From positions 124,219 through 188,218 of the forward strand of contig JAQBRE010000002.1 in assembly GCA_028286605.1 (NCBI GenBank): DNA of 64,000 nucleotides, read 5' to 3'. The DNA comes from Parcubacteria group bacterium. Lineage in GTDB: Bacteria; Patescibacteriota; Minisyncoccia; Phycocordibacterales; Phycocordibacteraceae. Made by a program: the position numbers and the translations under genes. Of the stretch, positions 57,429-64,000 are shown one piece after another (the stretch's first letter is position 1; each line of letters begins with the position of its first letter). The notes under the pieces were generated by a model. It worked only from the letters and a program-made list of their open reading frames with translations. It ran no database searches and was not told the DNA's origin.

Positions 57429-57710
57429 ATGGCGGATACAATCATAACGACGCAGCCTGCTTCTTCTTCCGATAACTCTTCCGCAGGGTGGGTGATCGCC
57501 GTTATCATCCTTCTTCTGCTCGTCGCAGGCGGTGCGTATGCATGGATGCATAGCGGAGGCACTCCGACTACGCCAGCAGGAGGCTCAGCGAATATAAACG
57601 TTACGCTTCCATCGGGCGGATCAGGCAGTACGGGCGGTACCGCACCTGCAGGCGGCACAGCTGCTGGCGGCGATACGTCCGCCGCAGCACCTGCTTCGAC
57701 GGGATACTAA
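57429..57710 (+). CDS. Small single-pass membrane protein with Gly/Thr/Ala-rich tail
   Basis: TM helix GWVIAVIILLLLVAGG; low-complexity C-terminus; hairpin at 57722-57760. Confidence 0.7.
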   Translation: MADTIITTQPASSSDNSSAGWVIAVIILLLLVAGGAYAWMHSGGTPTTPAGGSANINVTLPSGGSGSTGGTAPAGGTAAGGDTSAAAPASTGY

Positions 57711-57774
57711 ATCGGTTTGGTGCAAAACAGGCCCGTCTCGCAGAGACGGGCCTGTTTTGCTATACTCCGTTGAT

Positions 57775-58383
57775 ATGGCAATACCACACCCGAAAACCGA
57801 ACGTACGTTCGTCATTATCAAGCCGGACGGCATTCAGCGCGGTCTCGTAGGAGAGATCATCAAGCGTTTCGAGCGCACGGGCCTCAAGCTCGTCGGCATG
57901 AAGATGACCGTCGCAGACAAGGAGCGTATCTGGAAGCATTACAACAAGGATGACGCCTGGTTCATCAAGAAGGGAACCAACATCGCTGCGGAACGCGCTG
58001 CAGCCGGTCTCTCCGCAGAGAAAGAACCTATCGAATACGGTAAGGACATCATCCGCGCTCTCGAGAAGTACATGACCTGCAGCCCGTCTGTGATGATGGT
58101 GTGGGAAGGAAATCAGGCCGTCGTGGTCGTGAAGAAACTCACCGGTACCACAGAGCCTGCGACCTCAGACGTCGGTACTATCCGCGGCGATTTCACGACT
58201 GATTCGTATGGAATCTCTGCCGTTGATGATCGCGCCGTACGCAATCTCATCCACTGCACCGAATTCCCTGAAGAAGCAGAAGGTGAAATCAATCTCTGGT
58301 TCACCCCTGAGGAACTCATCAGCTATCGCCAGATCTCTGAAGCGATGCTGTACGACGTTAACCTCGACGGCATACTGGAATAA
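57775..58383 (+). CDS. ndk: Nucleoside diphosphate kinase
   Basis: ERTFVIIKPDG..RGL.GEII.RFE, GTIRGDF, RNLIH. Confidence 0.95.
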   Translation: MAIPHPKTERTFVIIKPDGIQRGLVGEIIKRFERTGLKLVGMKMTVADKERIWKHYNKDDAWFIKKGTNIAAERAAAGLSAEKEPIEYGKDIIRALEKYMTCSPSVMMVWEGNQAVVVVKKLTGTTEPATSDVGTIRGDFTTDSYGISAVDDRAVRNLIHCTEFPEEAEGEINLWFTPEELISYRQISEAMLYDVNLDGILE

Positions 58384-58587
58384 CTCACCGGGTTCCGTGT
58401 ATACTGGTTTTCGGAGCTGCTTCTCAAAAATGCAACTTGCTTAAATCTCGGGAGTCTTTATCGTCGAAGGATAGTGAACATTTTATGCTCTACGTCCTCG
58501 GCAGCGGACACCCACGTGGCACAAAAAGTTGCCACAGAGAGGCAGTTCCATAGAAAAACCCATCCTTTGGATGGGTTTTTCTATTCA

Positions 58588-58616
58588 TTGACTTTTATGT
58601 AATAAATGGCTATATT
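58588..58616 (+). promoter_or_regulatory. Sigma70 promoter for the putative DGR target gene
   Basis: TTGACT-17 nt-TATATT. Confidence 0.65.
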
Positions 58617-58714
58617 CATACGGCTTAGTTCCTTGATATTTGTGAACATAGTAGGCGTTAAGCTGTCTGCACTCCGCAGATCGGTCATGCGCAAAACCTG
58701 AAAAGGATATCGTC

Positions 58715-59359
58715 ATGGGTAAGTCCGTCTCACGCGGTCAAGCTCTCGAGCTTATGGCTGTTCTGTCCCGAGATATAAATTGGGACAGGCTGACCTCTGA
58801 GCAAGTCCAGTTCGTCATCGATCTGCCGATTGAGAAACGCCGCGACCTGTTCACTTATTTTCTGCAGGACTCGCCTCAGCAATTACCGTGGAATGTGGGT
58901 TTCTTAAAGCTGATAATCAACAACGTCCAACTCAGCGCTGATGCCACCACAAACGATCCACAGGAGTACTTCAAGACGCGCACGGGACTCTGGGTCTCCG
59001 ACGACTTCAAGAACCGGATCCTGACAAAGGTGCAGCCTGTTGAAAACCTTCACCCGACGACACTGAAGCTCTTCGAGCTCAAGAAGAACGCGTACGACCG
59101 CGAGATCACGCCCGAACTCGGCGAGAACTACCTCTTCGACGAGTCCGAGCTCTGCGCCCGCATCGAACAGATGATCGAGAAGCAGCCCAATGGGGAAGAG
59201 GGTGACCCCCTCAACAACGGCCACGTTAATCTGTTCTATGTGGCGGGCTGCGTGGTCGGCGTGCGCTGGAACTCCGACAACCGGGGGTGGGACGTCGGCT
59301 CGTGGGACCTCGGCGTCGGCAGCTGGAGCGCTGGCTATCGCGTGTTCTCTCGCAACTGA
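58715..59359 (+). CDS. Putative DGR variable (target) protein with a C-terminal VR
   Basis: C-terminus NNG..NLFYV...V.V.W......W.V..W......W.AG.RVFSRN*; NNC-rich terminal codons; GC hairpin downstream. Confidence 0.65.
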   Translation: MGKSVSRGQALELMAVLSRDINWDRLTSEQVQFVIDLPIEKRRDLFTYFLQDSPQQLPWNVGFLKLIINNVQLSADATTNDPQEYFKTRTGLWVSDDFKNRILTKVQPVENLHPTTLKLFELKKNAYDREITPELGENYLFDESELCARIEQMIEKQPNGEEGDPLNNGHVNLFYVAGCVVGVRWNSDNRGWDVGSWDLGVGSWSAGYRVFSRN

Positions 59360-59373
59360 ACCTTATTCCCTTG

Positions 59374-59403
59374 GGCGAGTCCGGCAATTCGGCCGGACTC
59401 GCC
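59374..59403. other. 12-bp GC-rich hairpin without a U-tract (candidate DGR target-recognition hairpin)
   Basis: GGCGAGTCCGGC-AATTCG-GCCGGACTCGCC, 14 nt after the stop codon. Confidence 0.55.
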
Positions 59404-59475
59404 ACCAAATACCTAGGATTTCTTTGATACTTTGTATCTTTGAAACCTGGGTATTTTCTTTTGTATACTGTACGC

Positions 59476-59838
59476 ATGCGTTTACGTTGGCTCTTCATCG
59501 CGCTCGGCCTTGCAGCTCTTCTGCTGGCTATACATCTGTACGCGCTCGAGCACTTCCTTTATTGGTATTATCGCTGGCTCGATACGCCGATGCACATCCT
59601 GGCAGGCGCGATGATGGGTGCGGCAGTGATAGGGGTTCTTCTTAAATTTCGCCCGTATAGCTATATCATTGCTATACTCGTTGGTGCGCTTGGCTGGGAG
59701 CTTTTCGAATATATCTTCGGGATTTCGACGGGGCAGCCGGACTACGTGCTAGATACCTTTCACGACATTCTGAATGATTTCGCTGGTGCAATTATCATCT
59801 ACATAATCGCTCGATACACGGTATGGCGCTCACACTAA
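59476..59838 (+). CDS. Membrane protein (VanZ/DUF2238-like)
   Basis: W.D..MH.LAG, WELFEY, DT..D...D..G; 4 TM helices. Confidence 0.7.
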   Translation: MRLRWLFIALGLAALLLAIHLYALEHFLYWYYRWLDTPMHILAGAMMGAAVIGVLLKFRPYSYIIAILVGALGWELFEYIFGISTGQPDYVLDTFHDILNDFAGAIIIYIIARYTVWRSH

Positions 59839-61211
59839 CATTCTGCGGAGGCGGAGATACCGTCACCGGTTCTAATTTCCTTATCGAAGGTGCTCGCGGC
59901 AAGATGCTGGTGGATTGCGGCATAGAGCAGGGAAGGGATTTCGTCGAGAAAGAGATGTACGCGCCATTTCCGTATGATGTTCCGAGCCTGGACGCGCTCG
60001 TCATAACGCACGCGCATCTGGACCATATCGGCCGTGCTCCGAAGCTCATGCGCGAAGGCTTCAAGGGAAAGGTCTATGTGACCCCGCCGACCCGCGATCT
60101 CATGGATATCATGCTTCGCGACAGTGCCCGCATACTGGCCGAGAACGCGCGTAGTCATGGGATACCTGCGATGTATGACGATAGGGATATAGACGCGCTC
60201 ATGAGCCGTATAGAGACCGTGGAGTACCACAAGGAATGGATAGCGGCACCGGGGCTTTCCTGCATTATGCGTAATACTGGCCACATTCTTGGTTCCGGCA
60301 GCGTTCGCATTACGGATGAGGACGGCACGGGCCTTGCGCTCACGGGAGACATCGGCGCAACGCCGAATGTATATCTGCGCGATGCCGAAGCAATCGACGA
60401 CGCAGACGTGATGGTTATGGAAAGCGTGTATGGCGATAGGAAGAATACGGAGAAAGGAGATCGAGTTCCGGAGTTACGTGACGCGTTGAAGCGCGCCTTG
60501 GCGCGCGGCGGAACGATTCTCATTCCGGCATTCTCGCTTGAACGCACGCAGCTTATGCTCTATGAGTTTTCTAACCTGATGGATGCCGGAGAGATCCCTC
60601 GGATTCCGGTATACCTTGATTCGCCGCTCGCGATAAAGGCAACGGAAGTGTATGAGAAATATGCAGAGAACTATTTCCGTCCTGAAGCCGTTGAGGAGCT
60701 GCATCACGAGAAGAGTCTTTTCAAGTTCCCGTTCCTGAAAGAGACCACATCACGCGAAGCATCGATGGCGATATGGCAGGATCATGGTCCGAAGATAATC
60801 ATGGCGGGCGCAGGTATGAGCCATGGCGGCCGCATCGGCCGCCATGAGCAGAAGTATCTTCCTGATCCCACCACGACCCTCATGATCGTGGGCTATCAGG
60901 CCCCTGGGAGCCCAGGACGCCTGCTTCAGGACGGAGTGAAGCATGTACGTATCGATAAGAAAGATGTGCACGTACGCGCCACGATAGAGTCCTTCAGCGG
61001 CTGGTCTGCGCATGCAGATCGTGACGGTCTTCTAGATTTCGCACATATGGCGCAACCACGTGCGAAGACGATTTTCACGGCGCTCGGCGAGCCGTCCTCG
61101 GCTCGCTTCCTCGCGCAGCGCATTCACGAATACCTCGGTGTTACCGCAATCGTCCCTGAAAAGAATCAGAAGTGGGAAATAACGAAAGTAGGTGCGAAGA
61201 GACTGTCTTGA
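59823..61211 (+). CDS. Metallo-beta-lactamase / beta-CASP ribonuclease
   Basis: VTGS, DCG, THAHLDHIG, GHILGS, MESVYG, IPAFSLERTQ, SAHAD. Confidence 0.92.
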   Translation: MALTLTFCGGGDTVTGSNFLIEGARGKMLVDCGIEQGRDFVEKEMYAPFPYDVPSLDALVITHAHLDHIGRAPKLMREGFKGKVYVTPPTRDLMDIMLRDSARILAENARSHGIPAMYDDRDIDALMSRIETVEYHKEWIAAPGLSCIMRNTGHILGSGSVRITDEDGTGLALTGDIGATPNVYLRDAEAIDDADVMVMESVYGDRKNTEKGDRVPELRDALKRALARGGTILIPAFSLERTQLMLYEFSNLMDAGEIPRIPVYLDSPLAIKATEVYEKYAENYFRPEAVEELHHEKSLFKFPFLKETTSREASMAIWQDHGPKIIMAGAGMSHGGRIGRHEQKYLPDPTTTLMIVGYQAPGSPGRLLQDGVKHVRIDKKDVHVRATIESFSGWSAHADRDGLLDFAHMAQPRAKTIFTALGEPSSARFLAQRIHEYLGVTAIVPEKNQKWEITKVGAKRLS

Positions 61212-61243
61212 CGAGCTGGTCGAGGTTTTGGTACCATATCTCT

Positions 61244-61330
61244 ACAACGACTTCGGTCCCGGTCCATCCGAAAGGGTGAGATTAGTAAAAGCGGTCATTG
61301 ATCAACAAAGATCAATGACCGCTTTTCGTA
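61244..61330 (+). ncRNA. Candidate small RNA convergent with the pemK-like gene
   Basis: TTGACG(61208)-18-TACCAT(61232) with extended -10; C(UUCG)G and GAAA tetraloop hairpins; 17-bp terminal hairpin at 61287-61326. Confidence 0.5.
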
Positions 61331-61691
61331 TTCTTTGGTGTTCTTCTTTAGAAATAATTCCCATCCTCTTTAGCAGACGTTTTGCATCGAGAGGTCGCAT
61401 TTGAGATGTAATAGCTGACTCACTCGACCCATCTTCTAAAATAATGGGCATATAGTAAGGATTATTTTCTTTAATCTTTTCTGAAAGAGGTATTGCCCAA
61501 AACAGTTCTGTATTGAATTTTTTATACACAAGAACCGGTCTTCTAAAAGAACGACCTTTTCCGTTTTGCTCAGAGCCCACATTTTCTCCAAGTGCTAACC
61601 ACCAGATCTCCCGCTCCTTAAAGAACGGCCTTTCTTTTCGAGAATCGATCTGAATCTTTCTCTTATTCCATTTAGTAAGATTCTTTTCCAT
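61302..61691 (-). CDS. PemK/MazF-family endoribonuclease-like protein, no adjacent protein antitoxin
   Basis: EREIWW..LGENVG.EQ.GK...F.RPVLV, IPL, SQ.R.LD.KRL..RMG; AT-rich. Confidence 0.85.
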   Translation of the reverse strand: MEKNLTKWNKRKIQIDSRKERPFFKEREIWWLALGENVGSEQNGKGRSFRRPVLVYKKFNTELFWAIPLSEKIKENNPYYMPIILEDGSSESAITSQMRPLDAKRLLKRMGIISKEEHQRIRKAVIDLC

Positions 61692-61779
61692 TCACGTAAA
61701 CCCTAACAAAACAGAGGTCTAAGAATCTTAAAGAGAAAGTAAAATTTTCCTGAATTTAGTTTTGATATACTTTACATAT

Positions 61780-62109
61780 ATGACCATTGAACACAGCAAG
61801 GTAACGTCCGCGTTCGAACTGGACGGAATGAAGGTTACGAAGAATCTGGGAATTGTGCGCGGTATCGTCGTGCGTTCACGTTCTGTCGTGGGAACTATCG
61901 GTGCAGGGTTGCAGAGTCTCTTTGGTGGAAACATCACGCTGTATGAGGAACTCTGCGAGAAAGCGCGCGAACAGGCCTTCGAGCGTATGCTCGATCATGG
62001 CGCAGCGCTCGGTGCTAATGCGATTATCGGCATGCGCTATGACGCTACCGAAGTAATGCAGGGAATTACGGAAGTGCTCGCCTACGGTACGGCAGTGGTC
62101 GTTGAGTAG
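61780..62109 (+). CDS. YbjQ / UPF0145 family protein
   Basis: LGIVRG, GG....YEEL...ARE.A, GANAIIG.RYD, AYGTAV. Confidence 0.93.
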   Translation: MTIEHSKVTSAFELDGMKVTKNLGIVRGIVVRSRSVVGTIGAGLQSLFGGNITLYEELCEKAREQAFERMLDHGAALGANAIIGMRYDATEVMQGITEVLAYGTAVVVE

Positions 62110-62130
62110 GGAAGAAGAGGTGTGCGAGAT

Positions 62131-62168
62131 AAAAGAAAAGGCCCCGCAAAGCGGGGCCTTTTCTTTTT
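62131..62168. terminator. Bidirectional terminator between ybjQ and rplT
   Basis: AAAAGAAAAGGCCCCGC-AAA-GCGGGGCCTTTTCTTTT. Confidence 0.85.
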
Positions 62169-62178
62169 CGTATGTGGC

Positions 62179-62529
62179 TTACGCCATCACCTTCGTCGCG
62201 ATGCGCGTGAACGCTTCAGGATCCATCTGTGCGATCTCAGAGAGCACTTTGCGGTCGAGACCGATCTGCTTCTTCGTGAGCGCGTCGATGAACGTGCTGT
62301 ATGACTTGAAGCCGTTCTCGCGGATAGCGGCATTCAGGCGGACGATCCAAAGCTGACGGAAGTCCGTCTTCTTGTCGCGACGGTGGTTGAACGCATTCTT
62401 TCCGGCATGCACGAGCGACTCCTTCGCGAGGCGGACCTTGGTGCTGCGGCCATGGCGATAGCCCTTGGCGCGCTTCAATATGTTGCGTCGGCGCTTCGCT
62501 GACGTGACTCCTCCTTTTACTCGTGACAT
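62179..62529 (-). CDS. rplT: 50S ribosomal protein L20
   Basis: MSRVKGG, AKGY, FRQLWI.R.NAA, LDRKVLSEIA. Confidence 0.97.
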   Translation of the reverse strand: MSRVKGGVTSAKRRRNILKRAKGYRHGRSTKVRLAKESLVHAGKNAFNHRRDKKTDFRQLWIVRLNAAIRENGFKSYSTFIDALTKKQIGLDRKVLSEIAQMDPEAFTRIATKVMA

Positions 62530-62551
62530 ACGGAAATGATTATTAAATTAC

Positions 62552-62743
62552 TTACTTAACTTTGCCCGAAAGGAACTGGCGACGAATGTGATTCGTAACC
62601 GTAAGGGAAATCGGGTGCTTCTTCACGCCCTTCGTGCGGCCGCCTTCCTTCGCATTGAAATGGTCCTGACCAGCCTTACGCGCTACGAGCTTGCCGTTCT
62701 TGGTTACGCGTATGCGCTTGGTGTATGACTTGTTAGTTTTCAT
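62552..62743 (-). CDS. rpmI: 50S ribosomal protein L35
   Basis: MKT.K...KR.RVT..GK; position between infC and rplT. Confidence 0.9.
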   Translation of the reverse strand: MKTNKSYTKRIRVTKNGKLVARKAGQDHFNAKEGGRTKGVKKHPISLTVTNHIRRQFLSGKVK

Positions 62744-62748
62744 GGTGG

Positions 62749-63327
62749 TTACTTAGGTTCAGGAACGATTGCTTCTTCGGGCCGCTTGGGGGCTGCTGCG
62801 CCTGGAACGGCTTTCGGATCACGTTCGACGATGCCTGCGAAGCCTTTCGGCGCGCGGGCTACCGGCTCAGCGATACGATAGGGGTAGGGAATCAGGTTGA
62901 GGAACTTCTCAAGACGTGTCTTGAGGAATACCTCATCCATTCCCTTGTAGCGACCCTTGAGGAACAGCTCGGCGCGGACGCGATGACCATCAGCGAGCCA
63001 TTCGGCTGCTTTCTTGGCTTTGAGAGCCATATCATGGTCTCCGGTGCCCACTTTTATCTGTACTTCCTTGGTTTCAGAGACTTTCGCCTTGGAACGAGCT
63101 GCACTCTCTTTCTTGCTACGCTCGTACTCGAATTTACCATAATCCATGATTTTCGCAACCGGCGGGACCGCATTCGGCGAGATTTCGATGAGATCCAGAT
63201 TCAGCTCCTGAGCAGCCTTGAATGCGGCGTCAAAGCTCAAAACACCCAGGTTTTCACCCTGGGCTCCGACGACGCGCAGTTCCTTCGCCGTTATCTCACG
63301 ATTAATACGTACTCGTTCGGTAGCCAA
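62749..63327 (-). CDS. infC: Translation initiation factor IF-3 (TTG start)
   Basis: RIN..I, LDL.EISP.A.PPVAKIMDYGKF.YE; non-ATG start typical of infC. Confidence 0.96.
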   Translation of the reverse strand: MATERVRINREITAKELRVVGAQGENLGVLSFDAAFKAAQELNLDLIEISPNAVPPVAKIMDYGKFEYERSKKESAARSKAKVSETKEVQIKVGTGDHDMALKAKKAAEWLADGHRVRAELFLKGRYKGMDEVFLKTRLEKFLNLIPYPYRIAEPVARAPKGFAGIVERDPKAVPGAAAPKRPEEAIVPEPK

Positions 63328-63401
63328 TGTAGGGTCATAATAGCACGAAAAACAAGTAGCTACAAGGGTTTATTCCGGCGAAAGTGGTAGTATGAAGGCA
63401 T

Positions 63402-63821
63402 ATGGCGGCATTCAAGGGCACGAAAGTAGCATTATTCTTCCAAGGATCACTCATTGTCTATCTTCGAGACGATAAGCCGACCATTCCTTATCCGAATATG
63501 TGGGATTTTCCGGGAGGCGGCAGGGAAGATGAGGAGACACCGCTCGAGTGCATTACGCGGGAAATTGAGGAGGAATTCTCGCTCAAGCTCACCCCCGAGA
63601 TGTTCACGTGGCAGAAGGCCTTTCCGGCTATGAATGATCCGGAGCATGAATCCTACTTCTTCGTGGCACGCATCGGGAAGGATCTCTTCAGTACTATCAA
63701 GTTCGGTTCGGAAGGCCAGCACTGGCAGATGATGAGCGTTCGGGATTTTATGGAGCATCCGCAGGGCATTCCTCCACTGAAGATGTGGTTGCAGGATTAT
63801 CTGGATACGAATGTCGGATAA
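63402..63821 (+). CDS. NUDIX hydrolase
   Basis: LRDDKP.I.YP.MWDFPGG and Nudix box GGRED.ETP.EC..REI.EE. Confidence 0.9.
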   Translation: MAAFKGTKVALFFQGSLIVYLRDDKPTIPYPNMWDFPGGGREDEETPLECITREIEEEFSLKLTPEMFTWQKAFPAMNDPEHESYFFVARIGKDLFSTIKFGSEGQHWQMMSVRDFMEHPQGIPPLKMWLQDYLDTNVG

Positions 63822-64000
63822 GAAAAAGATTTACGGAGTGCTGATCGGGGTCGTGCTGGTTGCTGCTGCAGGACTTCTTCTGTATCGGCTCGGTGCCGAA
63901 CCGTTTCAGGATTACGACGAAGCGACCTATGCAGAAGTGACGGCCGAAAGCATGGCGCATGGAAACTTTCTCTCGTTTACGTTTCTTAATAATCACTATT
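63811..64000 (+). CDS. ArnT/PMT-like (GT39) glycosyltransferase, 3'-truncated by the window edge
   Basis: Manual translation MSDKKKIYGVLIGVVLVAAAGLLLYRLGAEPFQDYDEATYAEV...: TM helix followed by a DE..YA motif. Confidence 0.65.
   Translation, partial: MSDKKKIYGVLIGVVLVAAAGLLLYRLGAEPFQDYDEATYAEVTAESMAHGNFLSFTFLNNHY

Noticed and set aside
58384-59475. Complete DGR (RT, TR, Avd) in the window
   Set aside because: No reverse-transcriptase ORF and no second copy of the VR-like sequence were found, so only a putative target is reported.
63325-63327. Non-ATG start of infC as a novelty
   Set aside because: Non-canonical infC starts are a well-known autoregulatory feature.
1-64000. CRISPR array, cas genes, transposases, prophage genes, rRNA, tmRNA, RNase P or SRP RNA
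   Set aside because: No regularly spaced direct repeats and no recognisable motifs for these were seen by eye. A covariance-model scan could still find divergent RNAs.
1-64000. Alternative genetic code (UGA=Gly as in Gracilibacteria/Absconditabacteria)
   Set aside because: Conserved genes translate full-length under code 11, and TGA ends genes at plausible C-termini (for example 61211).

Overview
Chromosomal segment of a small-genome Patescibacteria (CPR) bacterium, most like Parcubacteria. This is inferred from the missing uL30 between rpsE and rplO, the split ComEC, the type IV pilus genes, the SD-less core genes and the standard genetic code. The window holds tRNA-Gly, housekeeping genes (rarA, hup, rny, clpP, ppa, nusA, tpiA, pgk, recJ, RNase H, sod, ndk, infC-rpmI-rplT), pilus and competence genes, and the str/S10/spc ribosomal cluster. 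That cluster is broken at five points by small inserts that carry their own promoters and terminators. Most notable: (1) a probable remote diversity-generating retroelement (DGR) target gene with a VR-like 3' end and a downstream GC hairpin (58715-59403); (2) an orphan PemK/MazF-like gene facing a promoter-driven, tetraloop-capped small RNA (61208-61691); (3) orphan micro-cassettes with Shine-Dalgarno (SD) sequences in a genome whose core genes look leaderless or SD-less; (4) a shared mini-hairpin+U-tract leader at the head of most ribosomal-operon fragments; (5) several ORF-free structured RNA candidates; (6) an S12 with a K43R-equivalent change and a deleted conserved proline. All calls come from reading the sequence by eye. 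No database searches or folding calculations were run.
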